From Vermamoeba vermiformis (taxonomy: Eukaryota): a stretch of DNA of 64,000 bases. The stretch is taken from assembly GCA_045837725.1 (NCBI GenBank), contig JBEWZL010000080.1:1-64000 (forward strand). Direction: 5' to 3'. The notes under the pieces are model-generated. The model worked only from the letters and a program-made list of their open reading frames with translations. It was not told the DNA's origin and did no database searches. Within the stretch, counting starts at the first letter, position 1, and every line of letters starts with the position of its first letter. The position numbers and the translations under genes are program-made. Of this stretch, positions 14,306 through 27,311 are shown in pieces.

Positions 14306-14557
14306 TTAATTTTTTGATATTAATTTACCGCCAAGTAACTGTCCAACGACTGCAGATGCGATATTTATTGGGACTGCCGTTCTAGGTACGTTGTATCTTT
14401 TTCTTAAGTATATAATTAATGGCACTGATGCGTGGACATAAATGAACCAGCTTGGAGAGAATTTGTCCACATCTGCTCGAAGCGCGCCCAGCGGTAGATT
14501 TGCTGCGAAGGCTACAGCGCTGATTAATGCAACCGTTTTGATAGGAAACGTTGACAT
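14306..14557 (-). CDS. Small conserved membrane protein (NLPLG..R..KFS..WF..VHA.VP..IYLR family)
   Basis: Intronless 83-aa hydrophobic ORF carrying a motif pattern recalled from an uncharacterised plant/bacterial family. Confidence 0.7.
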   Translation of the reverse strand: MSTFPIKTVALISAVAFAANLPLGALRADVDKFSPSWFIYVHASVPLIIYLRKRYNVPRTAVPINIASAVVGQLLGGKLISKN

Positions 14558-14763
14558 ATTAGTAGTTCTATTATTGGTGATGAAGCTGTCAAATGGAACA
14601 ACAACGGTCAAATTTTTTGATCCGAAAAAATTGTGATCGGATCGTGGTGAACTCACACAGCAGCTCTACGCAAGAACAGAAGAGGTCATATTTGCATTTT
14701 TATTATGATTACAACGGAATAGAAATTACAGTAAGTCTACGCTAACATCATGAATAGTACCGG

Positions 14764-17615
14764 TTATTTCTTGAGCAATTTCTCCTTTAATAATCTTCGC
14801 AATATTTTGCCCGAAGCGGACTTGGGAATGCTGTCAACAAATTCAATGCCACCGCGCAGCTTTTTGTATGGTGCGATGTGTTGTTCGAGCCATTTAGACA
14901 ACTCTTCTGCCGTGACGGTCTTACCGGGCTTCAGCACTACATAACCCTTTGGTAGTTCTCCTATTAAATATGAATAGTTAGCATACTTATATCACGGTCC
15001 AAAATATCTTTCGAGAAGAAAAAAAACGCGAAAAAATGGAGTTGACACGCGTCAAGGTGACACTTTGAGGGATTGTGGCGTAATTAGAAATAGATCCAAA
15101 TGTCTCATATTAATAATATAGTACGTGCCTGCCTCTTCGTCTGGAACACCGATAACGGCGGCGTCAGCAATTGCGTCGTGAGTGATCAAAAGTGCTTCGA
15201 GTTCAGCGGGTGGCACTTGATATCCGTTGTACTTGATTAGTTCCTTCAATCGATCAACAATGTAATAGTATCCGTCTTCATCGACCATGCCAATGTCACC
15301 CGTATGCACAAATCCGTCTTTGTCTATCGTGTCTTCTGTCGCTTTTTGATTGTTCAAATAACCGAGCATCACATTCGGTCCACGAATGCAAATTTCACCA
15401 GCTACAAATGCATGATTAATATTTGCAACTATTTTTAATACAAATTTATGCAATTCTTACGTTTTCCAACTCCGACTGATTGATTCGTGTCAACATCGAT
15501 AATTTTGACCTCGCAGTTTGGCACCAATAAACCACACGATCCAAACCTGCAAAAGACTATTAAATACCATTTTATAACTAAGAATGACGGCTACTTACCT
15601 CATAGCGTTAATAGGTACGATATGAGTCACTGGACTAAGTTCTGTCATGCCATAACCTTGACGGATCTGCTCGGAAAAAAAGTATTCGTAAACAAACAAA
15701 AGTTTGACTAATAAGGACTAATTAATAATAGGAGCTTACGGGAATATTAAGTTTTTGACTCAATTCTTCTTGAAGTTGTTTGCCTAACGGAGCGGCAGCG
15801 GAAACAATTGATCGTAACGACGAAATGTCATATTTAGCGACAATAGGGTGCTTGGCTAATCCGAGAACAATAGGCGGTACTAAATGTGCCCAAGATATTT
15901 TGTATTGTTGCACTAATTGCAAGAATTTTTCCATTTCAAACCGAGACATGACGACTGTCGTTACTCCGCTAATTAAGCCCAAATTTAATACGGCAACCAT
16001 TCCCTATAATATAAAATGCTTAATATTTCCATTTTTGGAAAATTTGGGTCATCTGTAGACATTGTAGATCCGGATCATAGTTGCGCGAAATTATAATACT
16101 TTTTTCGTAGTATAGAAATAATGATAAAATATTGTATAAGATATATATTAACTTACATAAATATGAAAGAAAGGCAAAACGCCCATTAGGACTTCATCCG
16201 GCTTGAAATGCGTGCTCTCGAGGGGCTTGAATTGTTGCAAATTTGCCACCAAGTTGTAGTGACTGAGACACACGCCTTTAGGCAGACCTGTTGTGCCACT
16301 CGAGTACGGTAAAACTGCTACATCTTGTTTGATATTGACGTCTAGGGCTGGTACCTGTTCCGTTCAAAACATCAGATCCAATGCAGATCCAAAAACTTCT
16401 CATATTTAATACTTTAAGCGTAATGATAATAAAAATAGTGCAAATATTGATCAATACACTATTATATTCGAATTATCAACCATTTAAACGGCAAGCGTTT
16501 TAAGTTGCCGAAAAAAAAGTTCTGAAATTTCGTTACTAATCAAATTCTTTTTTTGTTATTGTACGTACCTCTCCATCATTCAATACTAATGATAATAATG
16601 GCTTGGCATTTGCAACATCGCCAAGCGAGTATAAATTGTTCTCGTCCAATTTGGCATTTTTCATCGCTTCACGAGCTTTGTCAACGAACAAAGGAATAGT
16701 GAGCATATATTTAGCACCAGAATCGGTCAATTGATGCTCGAGTTCTTCCGCAGTGTATAACGGATTGGCTGTTGTAACAATGCCGCCTAAAAATAGATCA
16801 GGTTAGGATGAGACTCGAAAAAAAATTGTGCTGAGCTCCGTGTCCCGTTCAAATGGGACCACGGAAGAGTCCCAGACCCAAAATCAAATTTGGATTAACG
16901 CTATGGTATTTATAAACTTACCGGCTAATAAGACCTAAAACGGCAAAGAAAATTATTAAGATTTTTAGCTCTAACGAAAATATCGATAAACAAATCACAT
17001 TAGTGACTTACGCCATGGAAAACGACCTAAAGAAATAATAATATTAATAAATAATTAGTTATATTGGAAATAACAGTATAATAAATGATAACGTACCGGG
17101 TAGTAAATGTTGTTCGGGCAAAAGATACAGAACACTTCTCCTTTCTTAAAGCCAGTGTCTAATAAGCCTCTAGCTACCTAATAATATTAAACAATAATTA
17201 GAGCCAAATGTAATCAAAACACATTTGGGATATTAAAAGATCCGGATTGGTGGCGCTAAGTTATTTCCGTCGGCACATTAATTAATCAAAACCTGTTAAT
17301 AAAAACATGCTAAAAATATTACTGCTATTGATATATTATAAAACAGCACAGATTTTTAAATTGTTTCTGCGGGATCTTTCATACTTTAAGTTTGAATAAA
17401 TATCGTCAATAAATCGTGCCTATATTATAAAATATACTTGCCTTTCTAATGTAAGACGCAATTTCATCGAACGTAAGAGATTCTCCGGTCTGTCCGTCGA
17501 TAAGCGCCTTCTTTGAGCCGTAGGAGCTAATCTGCTTCAAGACGTACTCAGGCAAATTTGACTCGCTAATATCTAAGCTAGGGAACTTGCTTTTAAATAT
17601 AATATCTTCACTCAT
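14764..17615 (-). CDS. 4-coumarate-CoA ligase/luciferase-like acyl-CoA synthetase
   Basis: [75 protein letters not shown]. Confidence 0.95.
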
Positions 17616-18072
17616 GGTTCTTTTGTGTTCTTGTTGGCGTGAAAACTAGAAAAAAAGTACCGTTGCAATTTAATTTATTGCCAACACATGCAACACACTG
17701 CACAACTGACAAATACTAATGACTATCATTTATATATGTTATATATATTATATTTATCCTTCATTCATTGGACATGCATAACAAAATGAAATCTGTTTAG
17801 TGAGCTTACGTTGGCTGAAAAAATACCATGAATATGCGTAAAATTATAATGATTAATTTGTGCACGAGCTTGTTTGCGTGGAAGATCCGGTGCAAATTAA
17901 TCTGGCGGAGAAAGTAAATTATCATCTGCGAAAAAGTTTTTGCACACGTGTGGCGTTTATTGAAGACTCGAAGGTCGTGTACATGTCATGTAAGTAGATT
18001 AAATTTTTGTTTTTTTTTTGATAATATGATTACTGGAGCTAATGAGTACTGATAGGTAGAGCGGGCTCGAAA

Positions 18073-19187
18073 TTAGGACTTGGCTTGGGCCTTCTTTTGA
18101 GCCATGAAGGCGATGACGCGATTGACGTCGCCATCGTACTCAGCCAACAAGCGAAGGTGCTGGTTGTTGGGCTTGTAGCCTAACTCTTTGAGCTCGGCGA
18201 TCTGAGATTCGTACTTTTTCAAGCGCTCTTCTCTGGTTTGCTTGCGAGCAAGGGCGAGTTGTTTTCTATCAACAGAGGCGAGGGAGGTCGCAAGAGGCTC
18301 TTCTTCCTCCACTGATTTTTCTTCTTGCTCAACAACGTTGATCTTGCAGATCAATCTGAAAATGTAAGTCAGTTTGTAGTTTCGTAGCGAATATTACTGA
18401 TATCAACTTACTTAGGACCAAATTTCTTGCCTTCGTTGTCGGTCATTCTCCAGAAGCTCTCGTAAGATCCAGGCTGGTTCGGAGCGCGCATCGGGACTGT
18501 AGCTTCGTACACTTCGTTCGGAGCCACTTCACGAGTGATTGGCACTGCGTCGACTTGGCTCATGGCACCATTGTCTTTTTGGACTCGAATGAGCTTGAAC
18601 TCAGTCGACCAGGGCAAAGCACCGACGTTGCGGATCTTCCAGGACTTGGTAAAAAGTACATCCGGAGCGAACTCTTCGCAGTCGGGAGCGTCACGTAGAG
18701 CAATGAGACGAACTCGATGAGCAGAACGGTTTGGCTTTTCGTCGTTTTCGTTGGCCTTTTGGGGCTTGGCAGCTTTGACAGGCTTCTCTTTCTTGGCTTG
18801 TTTTTGCTTGATGATCTCGCGAACAAAATCAGGCATTTGCTTGCGAGGCTTGGCATCTGGTTCGGCTTGGGACTTTTTCTCTTCGCTGACGATAGCAACA
18901 GAAGCAGGCACGGTGTTGTTGATCTGCTGAATCTCCTTTTGAAGTGCGACGACGGAGATCTTCAAACAGCCAGCGGAAGATTGAAGGGCGCAAATAAGCT
19001 CGGCATCGGAGCTAATAGTTATTTCATCGCCTTCATCGTCCAAATAGCGAACTTTTACTTCAAGAGCTTCAGAGATGTTGAACATGGTGTGGATCGTAGC
19101 AGCAAGAGCATCGAAAGTGTTGGATTGCAAAGCAAAACGACGGAATTGGCCGTTGAATTGAGCTTTAATCGAAGTAGTGGATTGCAT
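18073..19187 (-). CDS. NBR1/p62-like selective autophagy receptor (PB1 + FW/NBR1-Ig + UBA)
   Basis: IKAQFNGQFRRF...YLDDEGDEITISSD (PB1); FTKSWKIRNVGALPW...GSYESFWRM...KFGP (FW); LKELGY...LLAEYDGDVNRVI (UBA). One intron near 18356-18410. Confidence 0.85.
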
Positions 19188-19998
19188 TGTTGAATGAAGT
19201 GGAATTGATTGTTGATCGGATTTAGGTCTGACTTGAAACTTTAGTGTATAGGTAAGCCACGTGTTGTTTCCTTATCAGATGTTTTAGTGAATTACTCGAT
19301 ACAACACGTGTTTACATTTTATAGTTTCTCGTACGTACAAACACAGGAATGGAACTTTTCACTATTTTTACCACCGACCAATCAGAAAGCGTTTAAAATT
19401 AATTTCCCTGCGTAAAGCAAACAAATGTCCCTTACCTTTCGTAAACATTGGCTAACGTCAATACTGACATTTGTGTGCTACTGGTCCCACCTCTACCCAG
19501 GTTTTGTTTAACGAACTCTTTTTAGCGCAGGATCTGACTTCGGATCACGCTGCTTATTGAGTGTGATTACTTCGAACTTCTTATGGTACCAGGCGGTAAT
19601 AACTCATACACATGAAACTTCTTGTTACCTAGAGTATACCGAGCATAGTTGGAGTTTGCATGTAGCTCTCGACCCTAAACAACGCAAGTGGTGGCACGGA
19701 GCTACACCAATGACCGGATTTGACGATTGTGATGGCGAACCAGGTGCAATATAACCACTTGCAAATGTGCAGTTCCTGCTAGTACTTGGACTGCGTAAGT
19801 CATTTTCTGGTTTTGCGCTGTTGCGCCCATTTATCGGCAAAGTATGTACTCTTTATCTTCCGAATGCATTTCTTGTCGTGTCTATTAATATGAATTGAAT
19901 TAATCGATCAATCGAAATTTCTTTGCTCGCAGTAATGTTTTTTCAATTTCTGTCCCCTGTTTGTAATTAAAATTCATATTTTGCAAAGAGAAGCACTA

Positions 19999-22794
19999 AT
20001 GAGAGCTCTATTGTCTATAGTATTCGTTGGTGTTATCTTTTCCGCGATTGCTCAGTACATCGCGAACCAGCTGGACTTCGATAAATGAACGAGCAGCAAA
20101 CCAAGCCCCAACCATTTCGTATCCTCGTGTAGCATCATTTAGCAACGGAGATTATGTAGTAGTTTACACTGTTGCTGGAGTTGGAACCGAGCAGACGCAG
20201 ATCGCCGCCAAGATCTTCGACAAAAATGGATCTGTGAAGGTCAACGAGTTCATTTTGTCGCAATCAAGTGGTCCCCACTATGCTCCTAATATAATGATTA
20301 TTAAAGGAGACTTGTAAGTTGTCGCATCCGTGTCAATCACAGTTGACAAGCTTTCTTGCGGTTTAAACTTTAAAATATCGACTTATTCCCTTTTACTATA
20401 TAATATAGAGCCGTGGCTTTATGGAGGTCTGTCGAAGTCGTGGAATACTTCAACTTCAATCTATTTTTATCCAACGGAACATCCGTCCTCGCATACTCCA
20501 TCCCGAACTATGCGCTTTCCACGTCTACGAATCTCGTAAGTAATATCTATATATTATTAATATATAATATCGATTATTTTTAGAATGATCCGCTGGGTTT
20601 GTATTCGTTGAACAGCTCGGACACTTTCGGATTTACTTTGCCTCCAACGAATCACACCTTAGACTTAGCTACCGTTGCTATCGCCGTGGTCGGTCAAATA
20701 ACTACTGTGAATTATGCTGCTGCAAGTGTAAGTATTCATTCAAAGCCGATACTTTAATAATTTAAAAACCTGATCCTTTTAATAGTACGACATTCCAGTT
20801 GCCGTTTATGATGATCGAACAAACTGCAGTTACTTTTTGTTGAAACAATCAAGCGGAGCTTACAAAATCGTATCTTATAACGGTTACCAGCCACTAGCAA
20901 CGTCTCAACGTGGCTCAGTGAATCAAGTCCAAAAAGCTACTTATGCCGTGCCTGTGCTAGTTGAATCAACTGACGTCGTAGTGTTCTTTCAAACAATTCT
21001 CAGCTCGAACGACATTTTTGTTTGTAAGGCAGATCCGGATCCAATTTAACTTTACTAACGTCCCTTCATTATTAAGCTCGACTTAGTCAAGACCTCTACG
21101 GAATGAATTCAGATGTCATATTCAATCGAGCTTACGTTAGAACGAGTATGATGCCCAGTGCCGTTCACATTGGCTCAGACTACATTTTAGTCGCGCACAG
21201 CTCGAATCTGAACAGCGTAATTTGTACGTTAGAAACTTTTGCCAATATAGCTGGTATTAATTCAATTATAGATCAACTGGGAAAAGCCACGCAATATAAT
21301 GGCTATCTCCTCGTAGGCCCAGAACTGTCGCTGAGTACGTTTACAAATGACACGTGTCATTCTATATTTTTCACGTGTCAAAAATCTGACGTCTAGCAGA
21401 TGACGTACCTACTGAAGGAGTTCATATGGCACGTCTTGGATCGAGCTCTGAAGTCGCCGTTACTGCGCTCAACACCGACAGAACGCAAGTTCTGGTCCGT
21501 CGGTTGTCGCTCTGTGGCAACGGTGTTTTAGACCTCAACGAACAATGTGACGGTCAAGACACTTGCACTGATCAATGCACTTGTTTAAATGGCATGGAAT
21601 TCTCTGGCGGTAAATGCATTGACGGTAAGTTATATAATCTATTTACGAAAAATTTATATTATATTCGAATTTAAATTTTGATAGTGTGCGGAAATGGAAT
21701 TGTTACTGGCTCCGAAGAGTGCGATAGTGGAGCTGGATGCAACGCAACAACGTGCAAGTGTATGGCAGGCTATCAGCCGTACGTCAACAGACAAGAATGT
21801 CAACGCATTCCATCGGAGTTCATTCCGAGTGTCGGACCCTCGCTTGACTGCCTTAACATTATAGACACCAGTTCTATGGTGCTTTACTTTAGCTTTGTCA
21901 ATAACAATGGCTTCGATCTTACAATTCCTTTTGGAGATTTGAATAAGTTCATTCCAACGGATCTTGCGGTAAGTTTGACCCAGCCACTTTTGAAAGGTTT
22001 TTTGAAGTTTAATCTATTCATAATCTAATGATATATTACACAGGGTGATAGACCGACGTTCTTTGCAGCGGGCAATAGCTTGACATACCCAGTCTCACCT
22101 TACAACTTGACCGTGCCTCGTGCAACATCGTCAGTCGTGTGGTTATTGGGCTCGTACAATTTGACCGTGGATCTTTCAGGAAACAAAGCTGAAGCCTTGC
22201 AATGTCCTAAAGGTACTTATAGTAATCCTACTAATACAATTCTAACATTTGAATAGATGCTGGATTTGTGATCACAGTTGCGACATTTGACACGCTGAAC
22301 AAGACTGACGTTCAAATCATTCTGAACAACCTTGCAAATAGATATAACTTTAGCGCGAGTAGATTAGACGCTACTTTTCGCATTTCTATTGCCGGCAATG
22401 CAACTCAGCCGAATATTTATTCGATTTCTGTCACTATTTTTGCCGCCACAAGTACGACTTACAAATAGCAATAATATCGATATATCCGCTTATAATATAC
22501 TTAGATTCATCGGAAAAGAGCGTGCAAGATATCTTGAGTGCATTGTTTGCGGATCTGAAAGACGCAAAGCAAGATCTGAATAACGACCTGACCCAAGGCC
22601 TCGACAGCAAGAATCCGCTTATTAAAGACGTATCTACTAGTCCTACTGGCGTGGAAGTGCGTGGTCAAGAGCGAGATATTCCGCCCACAAGTTCTTTTGT
22701 GCCTGTCACTCAGTCTGAAGTATCTAGCGGACCAGCATGTCAGTGGCTTGACGCAACTTTGTTAGCAGCTATTTGTATTGTATTATTTGTTTAG
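19999..22794 (+). CDS. Secreted/GPI-type surface protein: propeller-like repeats, Cys-rich CGNG..E.CD repeats, 'PxLxC..YF' domain, SEA-like stalk (frameshift near the N-terminus)
   Basis: Signal MRALLSIVFVGVIFSAIAQ; YPRVASFSNGDYVVVY..IAAKIFDKNG..EFIL; CGNGVLDLNEQCDG; CGNGIVTGSEECDSG; VGPSLDC..YFSFVNNN; hydrophobic C-terminus. Confidence 0.75.
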
Positions 22795-22931
22795 CTAAAA
22801 GAGTTATTCACAGCTTTTTTTAAATGGAAAAATATTTAGTGAACCGGATCTACCTTATAAATTTCTTCGTTTAGGCGAATATTTCATTAATAAATTCACT
22901 TCAATACATTACTTCGCTGAAATGCCTTTGT

Positions 22932-25900
22932 TTATTTTCGTTTGTTCTTCAACATGGCCGAAGGGCAGCTGTGATTAAAGTTGCAGAACAAACACTTTGA
23001 AAAGCTCGGTTGTGCTTGAAACACTGATTGGCGCACGTTATTTGCAAGCGATTGTAACAATTTGTACGTCTCTTCAATGGTACTCATATCCGGACTCAAC
23101 TTCAGCTTCTTAATACTACCGATAATAATACATTAATACACCTACTATTAGCAATAGTTCTATACTTACGTGTAGAAATTATGGTTGACAAACTCTGTGG
23201 TGATTTTTCTCGGCAATAAATTGTACGTTTGATAATAAGCCAGTGCCAAAACGCTTTGCACAAATTTGACTTGCTCTTCAGGAATATAACCTTCAGTGTA
23301 CGTGTAAAAATGATGTACTTCGTTGTCTTCGAAAACTCTGTGGAAATTTCCGGTGATCGTGAAACTTTGATCGTTGTTCGAATCTTTCAAGTTCTTAAGC
23401 TGATCTAACGGTGCCTTTAAATCAATCTTAATAGAGAACGGCTGATTAATTCCTTTAAATCCTTCGTAATCTTTGTCAAAGTATTCTTCAAGAGCTGCCA
23501 TTGCCGAGCTGTATTTCTTCGGATCAACTTCGACGATGTTAGGAAAACCTAAAAAATGTTAGAATTGATCGTTATATACTTATAAATAACGTACCTAGTG
23601 TCTTAAGATCATCGTTAAATTTGTGCATTAACTCCAAAAAGTTGAACGTTCGTTTAGGCTCGCCAGATTCGTCACCGGCCTCAAAAGATCGTTCGTTTTC
23701 AAACAACGCAGTCAAGGTGTTTTTGAACGCTACAAGGGACGTTAGAATACTATCGAATTGAAAAATGATACGGACCTGTTTGATAGGCCATCAGGAAGGT
23801 TGGCTGAATAGGCATCTTCAAAACATATTGATAATAGTAATGTAGCGGACATCTGTCAAAGATGCGAATCTGATCAAAATCGAGACTTGTCGGTGGCGTG
23901 TCAATTTTGGGTGTCAAAGTGATCGGTCCAGTTTTCTTGAAAAAATCTTTGGCAGTCGTTGTTGGTTCAGCAGGCTCCGGCGCGACTTCAACAGCTTTCT
24001 TTTTCGAAGAAACTTTTGGTTGGCCAAGTGCCTCAGCGATAAACTTTGACGGGTTGTGTGAAGAAAATTTCACGGCGGCTTTGTTCTTGTTATCTCGGAC
24101 CGTGTAGTTCGTGAAGATGAACTTCTTTTTAGCTCGTGTTAAGAGCATATAAACAAGTCTCCTTTCTTCTTCTTGGTACTCTTTAGCCGTTTCAATGCTA
24201 ATGCCCGTCAACTCGGGTGGCGGGGTCAAATCTGATTGCTACAAAGGTGGTCAGTAACATAGATTTTACTGTATTTTTTTCGCTTACTTTCAGACGACCA
24301 GGAGTCGAATCGTTCGTAGCGCCGGAGAATATTACGTAGTCGTACTCGTTGTTTCTTAGGTTCCAAAGAGTAGTTAATGCTACCGGTGAAATTTCCTAAA
24401 AAGGAAAGTCAGATCAAAATTTTTCACAGCGATGACTTGCCTCTTCCTCTACGAGCTCAGACCACAAAGTTTCAATGCGTTTCAAGTATGGAATTACAAA
24501 AGCTGGCAAAGAGGTCTTAAGTTTTCGTTCGACGTTGCCCACGAGCTTCAGGAACTTTGCAATATTCTTGCCTTGTTGCTCTTCAAGTTGTGTAGTTGGT
24601 GCTCGTAACGATTTCAACAACTTGTTCTTCTTCAAGAACTCGTATATGATTTGCATAGTCGTCTTGTTGGTCATCGCTTTTTCATAGTACTCCAAATCTT
24701 CGATAATTCTACGAGCCTTGCTAATGTATCCAACCATGTCGGCGTCCTTGATCGAGGCAATAGGACGGTCTGTCTTTTATTAGAACATCAATCCCGTCAT
24801 CACTTTTAGGCCTACAAACTAACCTGAAAAGTCCTTGAGAGCTTGTCGGAGGGTCTTTCTGTTCTGCACGTGATCTTCGGTAACTTCAGCTAACGCACGT
24901 GATGGGAAACTTTCAACGGTGGTCAGGACGACATGTCAAATCAGTGTTACAAGCCTTACCTGTACATCTTGGAGCCTAGTAATTGATACAAAACATGCGC
25001 ATTTGAAGGCTCAACCAAAGCGATAAGAAAATTGAGCAAGAATTGAACCTGGTACAATTGACAAATTAGCACTATTTAGATTCGCAAGCAACTAATTGAA
25101 CGTACCTCGGGGAACATGTTGATCTTTTGATTGAAAGTCTTATTTACAAATGAAACTCCTGCCTCGCGAAATGCATTGCTGAGTTCGAGCATTTCATTCT
25201 TACTTCGAACAGCCTACCAAAATATAAGTAACTCACGATCATTAGATGTTAGTGCCCGGTTAGTCACCAGTACCTCGTTACGTACCAACACAATCTTGGG
25301 CTCTCGTTTCTCACCGTCTTCAGAGTCAACATTGGTCTCCTTTTGCATCATCGCTTCGATATCGGCAGCAGGATTGCTTTTGTCTCCAAACTCGTTCTTA
25401 AGTATCGTTTGTACCATTTGAACGACAGCCGTGACTTCTTGGTGACGCGTGTCATAGACAAAATGTTCCACACGAGCACTACCGTCGACATCAGGTACAT
25501 TAGCTGTCATTAGCTTATTCAAGCCGCGCTTGACTTCCATTCGATCACCGTTCTTCGTGATCAGATTGCGGGCAGCTGTTAAGATCGGAGCGGGACTGCG
25601 ATAGTTATTGGCTAACGTGAAAATAGCAGCGTTTGGAAAATGATCTGCAAGACGATCAAAAACATTGGGAATCGCTCCTCGCCATCTAAATATAGCCAAA
25701 TCGTCATCACCAAAGAGTGTCATTGTTCTATTTTTGGTGTCAGTGTTTCCCAATAACTTGATGAATTCGAGCGTGATTGGATTGATATCTTGGACCTCGT
25801 CTACAATAACGTGTGGGAATGTATTTCTAATTTCTTCTACGAAATCAGGTCTTTCTTCAAACATCTTCATTGCAGCCATCATCACGTCCAAATGATCAAA

Positions 25901-26918
25901 CTTTTTCTCGTCCCATTTGAGGCTGATAAACTTGGCATAAGCCGCAGCCAATTCAGTGTGTCTTTCGATGAGAACGCTCAACGGTGTCTTTTGCTTGTCG
26001 TTTGATTGCGTTAAATTCTGTGCTTCGTTCTGTTTGGCCGTCAAATTTGCGATGTATTGGTGGTACTTTTCAGGAGTTACATTGGCCTCCTGAAGTCTCG
26101 TAAAGTAGTTTAAGATAGCATTTGTATGATACAGCGGGTTCTTCTCGGGATTGAATAGGTTGAAACCGAGATCTTTGAAGTGCTCTTGGAAGAAAATTCC
26201 TCTGAAACAGGGGTCAGACAACAAGATCTGCGAATCTTTTACTAGGACGTACCGTTCCATAAAGCTAGCAGCTTTTACTTCACTAACAGGTGTTCTATAT
26301 CTATCTTTAAATTCTTGCAAAAAGCTGTACGACATCGTGATCCACGATCTGATAGTGGATGTGTTTTTTGATAGCGGCGTCTGAAGATCAATCTGGTACT
26401 GAATATTCGCGGCAGTTTTATCAGCAGTAGTGAGCACTAATATTTCCTCGGGCTCAGCAATATTACTTTCGATTAAATGTTGGACACGTCCTATTGCGCA
26501 GTGTGTTTTGCCCGTGCCAGGACCTGCGTGAGTTTATCAATAATTTCCTCGAAATGATGAACATCACGTAAGTAATAATTTACAATACCTGCTATTACAA
26601 AGGCTTGAGGGTTCATGTGCTCGATAACTTTCTTTTGATCGGCATCTGCTTTGAAGTTTGACAACTTAATTTGCTTTATTAGTACTATACTGATTATTAT
26701 ATAAATTATTCGACTTACAAATCTATTTTCTTGCTTTGATTGCGTGCTTGAGTTGATTATTACTTTCTAGAGAATCAAAAAAATCTCAATTAATCACCAA
26801 ATAATTTATTAGGCATTGTAATAATACTATAACTTACTGTAATATTGTTTCTGACAGGAAGCACGATTCCTCTATTTTTAACCTGCTTGGCAGTCAAGAT
26901 CACGTTGCGAACCCACAT
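22932..26918 (-). CDS. UvrD/PcrA-type SF1 helicase fused to a C-terminal PD-(D/E)XK-like (AdnA/B, AddA/B-like) domain, with a predicted mitochondrial presequence
   Basis: IAGPGTGKT, IVDEVQD, FGDDDLAIFRWRGA, LANNYRS, EEERRLVYMLLTRAKK; C-terminal FDRCPLHYYYQY ... KCLFCNFNHSCP. Confidence 0.9.
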
Positions 26919-27311
26919 CTCGTTTTCTTTAGTCCTGTCACTGGTTTAAATACGTAATATCTACGGCATAAAGATTGATTTTGGGATTGATTACGAGTTG
27001 TGTTGAACTGTAAACTCACTAATTGAAAACTTGCAGATCGCGCGCTTTTTCGTGATGGTTTGACTTGGCAATAGTCCACAAACAAGCAATATAACACTAA
27101 TTATGCTGTTCCATCGGTACGTGATTATTCAAATATTTTAGCGAAGATTGATTACCGTATTTTTAGATCCATTTCCTAATTTGGCGATGTTTAAATAATC
27201 TCCCAGCGAGATGCTGTACTGACCGTTTGGTTTTAGAAATTACTTTATTTTAAAGAGATAACGCATATAATATACCACATACGCAACGGTAGGCGAATCA
27301 TTCTAATCAAA

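Noticed and set aside
18717-19193. 158-aa plus-strand ORF, and similar antisense ORFs over gag/pol and 36952-37191
   Set aside because: Shadows of strongly codon-biased genes on the opposite strand.
19557-19840. Short ORFs between the NBR1-like gene and the 20-kb surface gene
   Set aside because: No recognisable motifs, codon bias or consistent splice partners.
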